A stretch of 64,000 bases of DNA from Eledone cirrhosa (Eukaryota), in assembly GCA_964016885.1 (NCBI GenBank), contig OZ024763.1:10478001-10542000 (forward strand), in the 5' to 3' direction. Numbering within the stretch: the stretch's first letter is position 1; every line of letters begins with the position of its first letter. The notes beneath the pieces were generated by a model. The model saw only the letters and a list, made by a program, of their open reading frames with translations. It did no database searches and was not told the DNA's origin. The translations under genes were made by a program, and so were the position numbers. Positions 38,201 through 51,058 of this stretch are shown piece by piece.

Positions 38201-40120
38201 CTGACCTCAGGATGACGTAGTACTCCCTCACATGACATGTGACTGACCTCAGGATGACGTAGTACTCCCTCACATGACATGTGACTGACCTCAGGATGAC
38301 GTAGTACTCCCTCACATGACATGTGACTGACCTCAGGATGACGTAGTACACTCTCACATGACATGTGACTGACCTCAGGATGACGTAGTACTCCCTCACA
38401 TGACATGTGACTGACCTCAGGATGACATAGTACTCCCTCACATGACATGTGACTGACCTCAGGATGACGTAGTACTCCCTCACATGACATGTGACTGACC
38501 TCAGGATGACGTAGTACTCCCTCACATGACGTGACTGACCTCAGGATGACATAGTACTCCCTCACATGACATGTGACTGACCTCAGGATGACGTAGTACT
38601 CCCTCACATGACATGTGACTGACCTCAGGATGACGTAGTACTCCCTCACATGACATGTGACTGACCTCAGGATGACATAGTACTCCCTCACATGACGTGA
38701 CTGACCTCAGGATGACATAGTACTCCCTCACATGACATGTGACTGACCTCAGGATGACGTAGTACTCCCTCACATGACATGTGACTGACCTCAGGATGAC
38801 GTAGTACTTCCTCACATGACATGTGACTGACCTCAGGATGACGTAGTACTCCCTCACATGACATGTGACTGACCTCAGGATGACATAGTACTCCCTCACA
38901 TGACATGTGACTGACCTCAGGATGACGTAGTACTCCCTCACATGACATGTGACTGACCTCAGGATGACGTAGTACTCCCTCACATGACGTGACTGACCTC
39001 AGGATGACATAGTACTCCCTCACATGACATGTGACTGACCTCAGGATGATGTAGTACTCCCTCACATGACATGTGACTGACCTCAGGATGACGTAGTACT
39101 CCCTCACATGACATGTGACTGACCTCAGGATGACGTAGTACTCCCTCACATGACGTGACTGACCTCAGGATGACGTAGTACTCCCTCACATGACATGTGA
39201 CTGACCTCAGGATGACGTAGTACTCCCTCACATGACGTGACTGACCTCAGGATGACATAGTACTCCCTCACATGACATGTGACTGACCTCAGGATGATGT
39301 AGTACTCCCTCACATGACATGTGACTGACCTCAGGATGACGTAGTACTCCCTCACATGACATGTGACTGACCTCAGGATGACGTAGTACTCCCTCACATG
39401 ACGTGACTGACCTCAGGATGACGTAGTACTCCCTCACATGACAAGATGAGTGCAGCTATGTCAATACTTTATATCCATAGTGCAAGGGAGACCAACACCA
39501 TCTTCTGTTATGGAGTGTGTGTACACTCCAAGAACCAAGATGTAGTTTGTTAATTTTAAATTGTTTCATAATCTTATTGCATATACTACATAAGCCGACA
39601 GCTGTAACTGGTTGCCAAGTTAAAATTGAGAGAAAGCAATTTATAGGGCTCTTTTTATCACCCCTCCCCCATCTACACTCTGTGTTTAAATAGACTGGCT
39701 TTGTCACCACTAGAGGACACGAACAGCACAATTAATTCCAGATTTGTGCTAGAACAGCCACCACCCACAGTGATCGCGACTGTGTAGAGCTCCTGTTAGA
39801 GAATTCCAGTAATATCCTTTACCTGTCTCCTTCACTTTCACTCTCTCACCAGAGGACTTTGTTTCAAATAGGTGAAACTGTGTGGAACTAAACTGATGTT
39901 AGTTGCTGGAATACCAACAGGGATGGTTTGTCTTAAGTGGTGATGGTTCGTGTAGAACCATCAATACTTTTTGGAACTGTTGGTAGCACAGAATTCACAC
40001 AAAGACAGTGAACAACAGACCTCATGTTTTATTTATCGTGGCATTTGACCTCTCTAGTTTTACTGCTCCCTTGGCTGCAATAGCACACCTCTCAGCAGAC
40101 TGCAACCAAGATTTTGATTG
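35237..40120 (-). mobile_element. RTE-clade LINE 5' part (5'UTR plus deleted APE), split by a 42-bp array
   Basis: KLHLGSWSVHTL (APE start, ~39550); MNSEGLYLLSMCRGFNLTLTNTIFQQPNYRETSWRHPLSK (35350-35237). Confidence 0.7.
35350..39442. repeat. 42-bp (40-bp variants) minisatellite, ~99 copies, with a 1318-bp higher-order duplication
   Basis: Unit catgtgactgacctcaggatgacgtagtactccctcacatga. Confidence 0.97.
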
Positions 40121-40174
40121 TCTCAGTTTCCTTCTCATATACTTACATATATATATACATATATACACACATAA

Positions 40175-40430
40175 ATCATCATCATCATCATCATCATTTT
40201 ATGACCATTTTTCTATGCTAGCATGGGTTAAAGGAGTTCTCCTGCACATACAGAACTGAATTTGGCTTGGTTTTTACAGCTGGATGCCGTTCCTAATGCC
40301 AACCTCTTTTACAGTGAGTACTGGGTGCTTTCTGTTGTGACACCTACATGACCACTTTACAGTGTGGACTGGGTGCTTTTTTGTTGTGACACCTATACAA
40401 CCACTTTACAGTGTGGGCTGGACGCTTTAC
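40175..40430 (-). mobile_element. LINE/SINE 3' tail
   Basis: (tca)n followed by the cagctggatgcc..cctaa core. Confidence 0.7.
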
Positions 40431-40667
40431 ACTCAATATGTAGATATATAAACACTATTGAATGGCCATTGACTCTCTTGAGTTACTCCTCCCTTTAATA
40501 GGTTTTGTTTTTCATCCCACAAGGTGTCCAAAATCCCCCTCCTCACTGAGCAAGCTTGGGGGGGGGGGGGGGGGGTTGCTGCTTTAGTCGCCAATGACTT
40601 GACCATGATACAGGTTGTACTGGACTACAAATTACCATATATAAATATATATATTTGAGCACTTGTA

Positions 40668-40732
<65 letters not shown>

Positions 40733-40771
40733 GTACATATGTACATATGTATACATATGTAGACATATATA

Positions 40772-41084
40772 TATCTCAAACAAGTGCTCCAATATTAAAA
40801 CAGAAGTCAGGACTGAACTCAAGCAAGTATTCAGTTCTTCCCTCCTGATGATAATTTTGCATGAATCTCTGAAGGATTGTTGGGTGAGTAAATGTAACTC
40901 TAAATGATCTAGAGGAGAAAATACTCTGCATACCAACATACCAATACCAATACATGAGAAAAGTTTACACATAGTTGTGGTAACTTAAGTATGACACCAA
41001 TATGCAGGTGAAATTTATCTTGTCTTCAACTTGAGATTATTGTATATAAGATGCTGGATAGATGAGGAGTTGGACGTCCACTAT
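40772..41084 (-). pseudogene. Exon remnant (ABCA TM8-TM9 region)
   Basis: actctag| ... GIGMLV ... GALV*DI versus ABCA SALLWDL / SNFVWDM. Confidence 0.4.
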
Positions 41085-41188
41085 CTAGAGTTAGATACTA
41101 AATACTTACTGGACAAAACAATCTTTAACACTTTCATTAGCAAATTCAAAACATTCAAAAACTTCCAATAAACTGTATTAATTCATTA

Positions 41189-42403
41189 TTAACCCATAAT
41201 AGCATTTACATTACTCTATTTAGGGTGGGTAAAATTCCCGAGATCCATGGACGGGTTCTCTCTAGCGGTCTCTGTCACTCATCATTGCTGCCATGTCCTG
41301 CGTCTCCAAGAAGATAGTGGAGCTGATATCACTGCTCTACACCAACACCAAAGCCCAAGTCATTAGACCTGATGGGATGACGGAGTTCTTTGAGATACTG
41401 GCTGGAGTGTTCCAGGGAGATACATTGGCTCCCTACCTTTTTATCATCACAGTGGACTATTGTATGCGGCTTGCGCTGGAGAAACACCAAGACTCTGGCT
41501 TTTCTGTAGCACCGGCTCAGAGCAGCAGAGTTAAGGCTAAAAAGATATCAGATGCTGAATTTGCCGATGACATAGGTTTGGTGACAAACACAGTGAAGGA
41601 GGCAGAGGGGTTGATGCAGGATTTGGAGACTGTGTCGATGAGTGTGGGGCTGAGAATGAATGAGATTAAGACGAAGTATCTGGTAGAGAACATTAAGAAG
41701 CCAGAGAAGATTACACATGTAGGCGGGAAGCAGCTAGAGTTGGTTGAGGACTTCCTGTATCTGGTAGCAAAGATTGGGAATACAGAAGATGATGTGGTCA
41801 AGAGGAAGAGCAAAGCCTGGGCGGCGTGCCACAGTTTGAGATCGGTGTGGAAGTCAGACCTTCATAAAGACCTGAAGATCCGTCTCTTCATTGCTGTAGT
41901 GGAGTCTGTGCTGCTGTACGGGTCTGAGACTTGGACACTGACCAAGAAACTCACATGAATGCTGCTGAGGATGGCTCTGAAAATTAATCAGTATATACTG
42001 AGGATGAAGAACTCAGAGCTGTACGGGAGCCTCCCAAAAGTCAGTTCGAGAGTAGCACACAGAGGAGACTGAGGTTAGCTGGACATGCTCACAGACATCC
42101 AGAGTTGACACTGCACTCAGTGCTCCTGTGGGAGCCCCTGCACGAACACACTGGAAGAGGAAGACAGAGGTTGACATATGTTGATGCCCTGAGGACATTA
42201 CTCTATATACGTTGCATTTTCATGGTAAAGTCTTTACCTTACATAATCATCTCGTATAATATCACATCTATGAGATTTTGATATTATCTATTTTGAGAAC
42301 AATACCTTAACATCAGTATGAGTGGCCAGTTACAGCCGGTTTGAACTGAAAGAGGTGGGAGAATTTTGGCTGGATACGGTCGGTTTGAATGCTAAAGGGT
42401 TAA
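41189..42403. mobile_element. TTAA-flanked (piggyBac-type) MITE interrupted by an RTE insertion
   Basis: ttaaccc...tagcatt / aatgctaaagggttaa ends; body matches 48695-48923. Confidence 0.8.
41220..42194 (-). mobile_element. RTE-clade LINE insertion with 5' inversion and 12-bp TSD
   Basis: TSD acattactctat (41208-41219, 42195-42206). 3' end lies on the minus strand at 41220-41310; the RT (QGDTLAPYLF, FADD, FLYL) is inverted onto the plus strand. Confidence 0.88.
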
Positions 42404-42612
42404 GATAGTATTGGTAACATACTGTTAGTATTACTGATTCTATGACGTCTTCTCCCAACCCAAGGAGTACCAGCTTCCTCCAGGGTTGTCAGTGGGGTGG
42501 GGGATGCTGCTGACTGGAACAGTGTACCACAACTCTAGGGTCATGAGGAGGTGGTGGAGGTTGAAGTATAGAGCAGTGCCCCACATCTCTCTTGGATGAC
42601 GGGAGATGGGGG

Positions 42613-45600
42613 AGCAGTGGTCATCTCCCTCCCAGTCCCTTCATTAAGTTTACCCTCAGCAGTGTCATCTCCCTCCCAGTCCCCTCATTAAGTTTACCCT
42701 CGGCAGTGTCATCTCCCTCCCAGTCCCTTCATTAAGTTTACCCTCAGCAGTGTCATCTCCCTCCCAGTCCCTTCATTAAGTTTACCCTCAGCAGTGTCAT
42801 CTCCCTCCCAGTCCCCTCATTAAGTTTACCCTCAGCAGTGGTCATCTCCCTCCCAGTCCCTTCATTAAGTTTACCCTCAGCAGTGTCATCTCCCTCCCAG
42901 TCCCTTCATTAAGTTTACCCTCAGCAGTGTCATCTCCCTCCCAGTCCCCTCATTCAGTTTACCCTCAGCAGTGCCATCTCCCTCCCAGTCCTCTCATTAA
43001 GTTTACCCTCAGCAGTGTCATCTCCCTCCCAGTCCCCTCATTAAGTTTACCCTCAGCAGTGGTCATCTCCCTCCCAGTCCCTTCATTAAGTTTACCCTCA
43101 GCAGTGTCATCTCCCTCCCAGTCCCTTCATTAAGTTTACCCTCAGCAGTGTCATCTCCCTCCCAGTCCCCTCATTAAGTTTACCCTCAGCAGTGCCATCT
43201 CCCTCCCAGTCCTCTCATTAAGTTTACCCTCAGCAGTGTCATCTCCCCCCCAGTCCCCTCATTCAGTTTACCCTCAGCAGTGTCATCTCCCTCCCAGTCC
43301 CTTCATTAAGTTTACCCTCAGCAGTGGTCATCTCCCTCCCAGTCCCTTCATTAAGTTTACCCTCAGCAGTGTCATCTCCCTCCCAGTCCCCTCATTAAGT
43401 TTACCCTCAGCAGTGTCATCTCCCTCCCAGTCCCCTCATTAAGTTTACCCTCAGCAGTGTCATCTCCCTCCCAGTCCCCTCATTAAGTTTACCCTCAGCA
43501 GTGTCATCTCCCTCCCAGTCCCCTCATTAAGTTTACCCTCGGCAGTGTCATCTCCCTCCCAGTCCCCTCATTAAGTTTACCCTCAGCAGTGTCATCTCCC
43601 TCCCAGTCCCCTCATTAAGTTTACCCTCAGCAGTGTCATCTCCCTCCCAGTCCCCTCATTAAGTTTACCCTCGGCAGTGTCATCTCCCTCCCAGTCCCCT
43701 CATTAAGTTTACCCTCGGCAGTGTCATCTCCCTCCCAGTCCCCTCATTAAGTTTACCCTCGGCAGTGTCATCTCCCTCCCAGTCCCCTCATTAAGTTTAC
43801 CCTCAGCAGTGTCATCTCCCTCCCAGTCCCCTCATTAAGTTTACCCTCAGCAGTGTCATCTCCCCCCCAGTCCCCTCATTAAGTTTACCCTCGGCAGTGT
43901 CATCTCCCTCCCAGTCCCCTCATTAAGTTTACCCTCGGCAGTGTCATCTCCCTCCCAGTCCCCTCATTAAGTTTACCCTCAGCAGTGTCATCTCCCTCCC
44001 AGTCCCCTCATTAAGTTTACCCTCAGCAGTGTCATCTCCCCCCCAGTCCCCTCATTAAGTTTACCCTCGGCAGTGTCATCTCCCTCCCAGTCCCCTCATT
44101 AAGTTTACCCTCAGCAGTGTCATCTCCCTCCCAGTCCCCTCATTAAGTTTACCCTCAGCAGTGTCATCTCCCCCCCAGTCCCCTCATTAAGTTTACCCTC
44201 GGCAGTGTCATCTCCCTCCCAGTCCCCTCATTAAGTTTACCCTCGGCAGTGTCATCTCCCTCCCAGTCCCCTCATTAAGTTTACCCTCGGCAGTGTCATC
44301 TCCCTCCCAGTCCCCTCATTAAGTTTACCCTCGGCAGTGTCATCTCCCTCCCAGTCCCCTCATTAAGTTTACCCTCAGCAGTGTCATCTCCCTCCCAGTC
44401 CCCTCATTAAGTTTACCCTCAGCAGTGTCATCTCCCCCCCAGTCCCCTCATTAAGTTTACCCTCGGCAGTGTCATCTCCCTCCCAGTCCCCTCATTAAGT
44501 TTACCCTCAGCAGTGTCATCTCCCTCCCAGTCCCCTCATTAAGTTTACCCTCAGCAGTGTCATCTCCCCCCCAGTCCCCTCATTAAGTTTACCCTCAGCA
44601 GTGTCATCTCCCCCCCAGTCCCTTCATTAAGTTTACCCTCAGCAGTGTCATCTCCCCCCCAGTCCCCTCATTAAGTTTACCCTCAGCAGTGTCATCTCCC
44701 CCCCAGTCCCCTCATTAAGTTTACCCTCAGCAGTGTCATCTCCCTCCCAGTCCCCTCATTAAGTTTACCCTCAGCAGTGTCATCTCCCTCCCAGTCCCCT
44801 CATTAAGTTTACCCTCGGCAGTGCCATCTCCCTCCCAGTCCCCTCATTAAGTTTACCCTCAGCAGTGTCATCTCCCTCCCAGTCCCCTCATTAAGTTTAC
44901 CCTCGGCAGTGCCATCTCCCCCCCAGTCCCCTCATTCAGTTTACCCTCAGCAGTGTCATCTCCCTCCCAGTCCCCTCATTAAGTTTACCCTCGGCAGTGC
45001 CATCTCCCTCCCAGTCCCCTCATTCAGTTTACCCTCAGCAGTGTCATCTCCCTCCCAGTCCCCTCATTCAGTTTACCCTCAGCAGTGTCATCTCCCCCCC
45101 AGTCCCCTCATTCAGTTTACCCTCAGCAGTGTCATCTCCCTCCCAGTCCCCTCATTCAGTTTACCCTCGGCAGTGTCATCTCCCTCCCAGTCCCCTCATT
45201 CAGTTTACCCTCAGCAGTGTCATCTCCCTCCCAGTCCCCTCATTCAGTTTACCCTCAGCAGTGTCATCTCCCCCCCAGTCCCCTCATTCAGTTTACCCTC
45301 AGCAGTGTCATCTCCCTCCCAGTCCCCTCATTCAGTTTACCCTCGGCAGTGTCATCTCCCTCCCAGTCCCCTCATTCAGTTTACCCTCAGCAGTGTCATC
45401 TCCCCCCCAGTCCCCTCATTCAGTTTACCCTCAGCAGTGTCATCTCCCTCCCAGTCCCCTCATTCAGTTTACCCTCGGCAGTGTCATCTCCCTCCCAGTC
45501 CCCTCATTCAGTTTACCCTCAGCAGTGTCATCTCCCTCCCAGTCCCCTCATTCAGTTTACCCTCAGCAGTGTCATCTCCCCCCCAGTCCCCTCATTCAGT

Positions 45601-48550
45601 TTACCCTCAGCAGTGTCATCTCCCTCCCAGTCCCCTCATTAAGTTTACCCTCGGCAGTGTCATCTCCCTCCCAGTCCCCTCATTAAGTTTACCCTCAGCA
45701 GTGTCATCTCCCCCCCAGTCCCCTCATTCAGTTTACCCTCAGCAGTGTCATCTCCCTCCCAGTCCCCTCATTCAGTTTACCCTCAGCAGTGTCATCTCCC
45801 CCCCAGTCCCCTCATTCAGTTTACCCTCAGCAGTGTCATCTCCCTCCCAGTCCCCTCATTCAGTTTACCCTCGGCAGTGTCATCTCCCTCCCAGTCCCCT
45901 CATTCAGTTTACCCTCAGCAGTGTCATCTCCCTCCCAGTCCCCTCATTAAGTTTACCCTCGGCAGTGTCATCTCCCTCCCAGTCCCCTCATTCAGTTTAC
46001 CCTCAGCAGTGTCATCTCCCTCCCAGTCCCCTCATTCAGTTTACCCTCAGCAGTGTCATCTCCCTCCCAGTCCCCTCATTCAGTTTACCCTCGGCAGTGT
46101 CATCTCCCTCCCAGTCCCCTCATTCAGTTTACCCTCAGCAGTGTCATCTCCCCCCCAGTCCCCTCATTCAGTTTACCCTCAGCAGTGTCATCTCCCCCCC
46201 AGTCCCCTCATTCAGTTTACCCTCAGCAGTGTCATCTCCCCCCCAGTCCCCTCATTAAGTTTACCCTCGGCAGTGTCATCTCCCTCCCAGTCCCTTCATT
46301 AAGTTTACCCTCAGCAGTGTCATCTCCCTCCCAGTCCCCTCATTAAGTTTACCCTCGGCAGTGTCATCTCCCTCCCAGTCCCCTCATTAAGTTTACCCTC
46401 GGCAGTGTCATCTCCCTCCCAGTCCCCTCATTAAGTTTACCCTCGGCAGTGTCATCTCCCTCCCAGTCCCCTCATTCAGTTTACCCTCAGCAGTGTCATC
46501 TCCCTCCCAGTCCCCTCATTCAGTTTACCCTCAGCAGTGTCATCTCCCTCCCAGTCCCCTCATTCAGTTTACCCTCGGCAGTGTCATCTCCCTCCCAGTC
46601 CCCTCATTCAGTTTACCCTCAGCAGTGTCATCTCCCCCCCAGTCCCCTCATTCAGTTTACCCTCAGCAGTGTCATCTCCCCCCCAGTCCCCTCATTCAGT
46701 TTACCCTCAGCAGTGTCATCTCCCCCCCAGTCCCCTCATTAAGTTTACCCTCGGCAGTGTCATCTCCCTCCCAGTCCCTTCATTAAGTTTACCCTCAGCA
46801 GTGTCATCTCCCTCCCAGTCCCCTCATTCAGTTTACCCTCAGCAGTGTCATCTCCCTCCCAGTCCCCTCATTCAGTTTACCCTCGGCAGTGTCATCTCCC
46901 TCCCAGTCCCTTCATTAAGTTTACCCTCAGCAGTGTCATCTCCCCCCCAGTCCCCTCATTAAGTTTACCCTCGGCAGTGTCATCTCCCTCCCAGTCCCCT
47001 CATTAAGTTTACCCTCGGCAGTGTCATCTCCCTCCCAGTCCCCTCATTCAGTTTACCCTCAGCAGTGTCATCTCCCTCCCAGTCCCCTCATTCAGTTTAC
47101 CCTCGGCAGTGTCATCTCCCTCCCAGTCCCTTCATTAAGTTTACCCTCGGCAGTGTCATCTCCCTCCCAGTCCCTTCATTAAGTTTACCCTCAGCAGTGT
47201 CATCTCCCTCCCAGTCCCCTCATTAAGTTTACCCTCGGCAGTGTCATCTCCCCCCCAGTCCCCTCATTAAGTTTACCCTCGGCAGTGTCATCTCCCTCCC
47301 AGTCCCTTCATTAAGTTTACCCTCAGCAGTGTCATCTCCCTCCCAGTCCCCTCATTAAGTTTACCCTCGGCAGTGTCATCTCCCTCCCAGTCCCCTCATT
47401 AAGTTTACCCTCAGCAGTGTCATCTCCCTCCCAGTCCCCTCATTCAGTTTACCCTCAGCAGTGTCATCTCCCCCCCAGTCCCCTCATTCAGTTTACCCTC
47501 AGCAGTGTCATCTCCCTCCCAGTCCCTTCATTAAGTTTACCATCAGCAGTGTCATCTCCCTCCCAGTCCCTTCATTAAGTTTACCCTCAGCAGTGTCATC
47601 TCCCTCCCAGTCCCTTCATTAAGTTTACCCTCAGCAGTGTCATCTCCCTCCCAGTCCCTTCATTAAGTTTACCCTCAGCAGTGTCATCTCCCTCCCAGTC
47701 CCCTCATTAAGTTTACCCTCAGCAGTGTCATCTCCCTCCCAGTCCCCTCATTAAGTTTACCCTCAGCAGTGTCATCTCCCTCCCAGTCCCTTCATTAAGT
47801 TTACCCTCAGCAGTGTCATCTCCCTCCCAGTCCCTTCATTAAGTTTACCCTCGGCAGTGTCATCTCCCTCCCAGTCCCCTCATTAAGTTTACCCTCGGCA
47901 GTGTCATCTCCCTCCCAGTCCCCTCATTAAGTTTACCCTCAGCAGTGTCATCTCCCTCCCAGTCCCCTCATTAAGTTTACCCTCAGCAGTGTCATCTCCC
48001 TCCCAGTCCCCTCATTAAGTTTACCCTCAGCAGTGTCATCTCCCTCCCAGTCCCCTCATTAAGTTTACCTTCAGCAGTGTCATCTCCCTCCCAGTCCCCT
48101 CATTAAGTTTACCCTCAGCAGTGTCATCTCCCTCCCAGTCCCCTCATTCAGTTTACCCTCAGCAGTGTCATCTCCCTCCCAGTCCCCTCATTCAGTTTAC
48201 CCTCAGCAGTGTCATCTCCCTCCCAGTCCCCTCATTAAGTTTACCCTCAGCAGTGTCATCTCCCTCCCAGTCCCCTCATTCAGTTTACCCTCAGCAGTGT
48301 CATCTCCCTCCCAGTCCCCTCATTAAGTTTACCCTCAGCAGTGTCATCTCCCTCCCAGTCCCCTCATTAAGTTTACCCTCGGCAGTGTCATCTCCCTCCC
48401 AGTCCCCTCATTAAGTTTACCCTCAGCAGTGTCATCTCCCTCCCAGTCCCCTCATTAAGTTTACCCTCGGCAGTGTCATCTCCCTCCCAGTCCCCTCATT
48501 AAGTTTACCCTCAGCAGTGTCATCTCCCCCCCAGTCCCCTCATTAAGTTT
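42613..48550. repeat. 44-bp minisatellite, ~135 copies
   Basis: Unit gtgtcatctccctcccagtcccctcatt(a/c)agtttaccctc(a/g)gca. Confidence 0.97.
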
Positions 48551-48694
48551 TGACTCTGTTAGCAGAAGTTATCTGATTGTGACTGAAAAATGTCCTTGAG
48601 TCGAAGGTGTGAGTCAGGTGAGAACCAGTAGGTTACATCCTGTCATCAATGTATTCTCTCTACTCAAACTCCCTAATTTTGAGATCATGTTTCT

Positions 48695-48923
48695 TTAACC
48701 CTTTAACATTTACATTGCTCTATATTTGCAATTGTATTTTCTCAGTAAACACTTTATCTCACATAATTATCTCACATAATATCAAATCTACAAAATTATG
48801 ATAATATTTATTTTGAGAACAATACCTTAACATAAGTATGAGAAGACGGTTATGACCAGTTTGAACAGAAAGATGTGAGAGAATTCTGGCTGGATATGAC
48901 CAGCTTCAATGCTAAACAGTTAA
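48695..48923. mobile_element. TTAA-flanked MITE (complete copy)
   Basis: ttaaccctttaacatt ... aatgctaaacagttaa. Confidence 0.8.
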
Positions 48924-48980
48924 ATAGTATTACAATACTATTTCTTCAAATAACTTCACTCTATTTTCAAAGGAACCTTA

Positions 48981-49160
48981 GATAATGTTCTGTGCAAAAT
49001 TGAAATAATATTTTTTTAAATCATTTTATTAAATTTTTAAATGGAGATTAGATAATGTTATGTTCAGATTTGAAATAATATTTCTTTAAATCATTTTATT
49101 AAATTTTTAAATGGAGATTAAATAATGTTATGTTCAGTATTGAAATAATATTTCTATAAA
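48981..49160. repeat. 70-bp tandem repeat, ~2.5 copies
   Basis: ataatgtt at ~48982, 49052 and 49122. Confidence 0.8.
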
Positions 49161-49214
49161 ATGTTTCACTTTACTTCCAAAGAGATAGAGTTTAATGGTA
49201 CATCTGGTTTTGAA

Positions 49215-49585
49215 ATAATTGTTTCTACTTTAGGCACAAGGCCAGCAATTATCCAGTGCATTACTGGTACTTTATTTTATCGACCCCGTAAGGATGAAAG
49301 GCAAAGTCAACCTCAGCGGGATTTGAACTCAGAATGGCAAGGGCCGTAACTCTATGCGTCAAAGCATGGCGTCCGACCCTCTACCGATAAAATAATGATT
49401 TCTACTATAGGCCATCAATTTTGGTGGAGGGGTAAGTTGATTAAATCGACCCCAGTGCATTACTGGTGCTTTATTTTATCGACTCTGTAAGGCTGAAAGG
49501 CAATGCTAATCTCGTAAAGGGGCATAACTCTATGCTGCAAAGCATGGTGTCCGACGCTCTGCTGATTCTGCCAATCCACCGCCTC
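49215..49585 (-). mobile_element. Two tandem SINE copies
   Basis: Family of 57000-57172. Confidence 0.78.
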
Positions 49586-49929
49586 TGGTTTACAAATAAT
49601 TATTCTTTAAATCCTGCATAAGGGTATCTCTGGAGTGAGTGTGTGTGAGTATGTGAGTGTGTGTGTGTGTGTGTGTATGTGTGTGAGTGTGTGGGTGTGT
49701 GAGTGTGTGAGTGTGTGTGAGTGAGTGAGTGTGTGTGAGTGTGTGAGTGTGTGAGTGTGTGTGTGTGAGTGTGTGGGTGTGTGAGTGTGTGTGTGTGTGT
49801 GAGTGTGTGAGTGTGTGTGTGTGGGTGTGTGTATATGTGGCAACTATTTCTACCAAACATGACCTTTCTTGTAAGAAAATGAAATGTGGTTTGAGGTAGA
49901 TTTAGCTACTATTTGTGCCAGTTTGGGAG

Positions 49930-50030
49930 GCAACATAGAGCCATCCTCATTGACTCATATATGATATCATGTGATTCAGAAAGATATGGGACAGTGTATG
50001 TGAGGCTATATATGTTTGAGAATATTTGCA
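49930..50030 (-). pseudogene. ABCA ECD2 C-terminal remnant
   Basis: IFSNIYS / HTLSHIFLNHM versus ABCA1 VWFNNKGWHAISSFLNV. Confidence 0.35.
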
Positions 50031-50137
50031 TGTGTGTGTCAGTGTTTGTGTGTGTGTGTTTTCATCCTTCATACACATCACATATATATATAATTGTATA
50101 TATATAATTGTATATATGTATATATATATATATATAT

Positions 50138-50606
50138 CATCATCATCATCATCATCATCATTTTACGTCCGCTCTTCCCTGCTTGCAAGGGTGGGACGGG
50201 TCTTATTCAGCACAGCATCTCTCCACTCGTCACGGTCCCTCGTCATCTCCACCGTGAGCTTCAATGATCTGAGGTCTGTTCTCACCACCTCCGCCAATGT
50301 TTTTCGTGGTCTACCTCTACCACGTCTTCCTTCAACTGGCATTTCCTGGCACTTCTTCACCCATCGGTCATCCTCCATGCGCATCACATGTCCATACCAC
50401 CTCAGTCTCCTCTCTCATACACTACATTCTATCCCTCTCAGACACAGTTTCTCTCTCAACACATCTATGCTGGGTCGTTCACGCACATTGACATTACACA
50501 TCCAATGGAGCATGCTTGCCTCATTTCTCTCCAGCCGTCGCATATCCTCTGCAGTTGCTGCCCATGTCTCACTACCATGCAGTATCGCGCTCCTCACACA
50601 GGCATC
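50138..50606 (-). mobile_element. RTE-like LINE 3' end
   Basis: AILHGSETWA..ERNEASML..GRGRPRKT; homologous to 54350-54800. Confidence 0.85.
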
Positions 50607-50617
50607 ATATATATGTG

Positions 50618-50649
<32 letters not shown>

Positions 50650-51001
50650 GAGTATGTGTATGTGATTTAGTGAATAGTGAGTGTATATCTATGTGAATGT
50701 ATGAGTGACTGAGTGTGTGTGTGAGTGTGTGTATGAGTGTGTGTGTGTGAGTGTGTATGTGAGTGTGTGTGTGGGGGTGGGTGTGTGTGTGTGTGAGTGT
50801 ATGTGAGTGTGTGTGAGTGTGTGGGTGGGTGGGTGTATGTGAGTGTGTGTGTGTGTGTGTGAGTGTGTGTGTGTAAGTGGGTGTATGTGAGTGTGAGTGT
50901 GTGAGTGTGTGAGTGTGTGTGTGTGTGAGTTGTGGGTGTGTGTGTATGTAAATGTGTGTGTGTGTGAGTATGTAAATGTGTGTGTGTGTGAGTATGTGAG
51001 T

Positions 51002-51058
<57 letters not shown>

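Larger units (their letters stand above)
950..50030 (-). pseudogene. Decayed, intron-containing ABCA-family transporter pseudogene (C-terminal half: ECD2 end, TMD2, NBD2); may extend to ~57.4 kb
   Basis: About 14 minus-strand islands appear in ABCA motif order, many with AG/GT signals: FSN..HTL..FLNHM (50.0k), GALV*DI (40.8k), ANYL..KSY (33.8k), HGW..PISFIF (33.0k), IPGIGLG (23.8k), LNTMEIE (20.06k), LAVLIQ (15.4k), VANVCV (10.4k), LVGTNxxxKSxxF (7.0k), PExxIxxVVEWVI (4.5k), TYS*xNxRKLS (1.0k). Many stops and frameshifts. Similarity judged by eye. Confidence 0.55.

Noticed and set aside
35203-48414. Repetitive ORFs (MREYYVILRS..., SPSQSPHSVYP...)
   Set aside because: Minisatellite read-through in several frames, with frame-breaking unit variants.
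17013-48550. Regular 39-49-bp arrays as CRISPR arrays
   Set aside because: Head-to-tail units with no unique spacers, no cas genes, and a eukaryotic context.
950-50030. Rescue of the ABCA stops by A-to-I editing (e.g. TGA to TGG in GALV*DI)
   Set aside because: Frameshifts, a destroyed Walker A and TE insertions cannot be repaired by editing.
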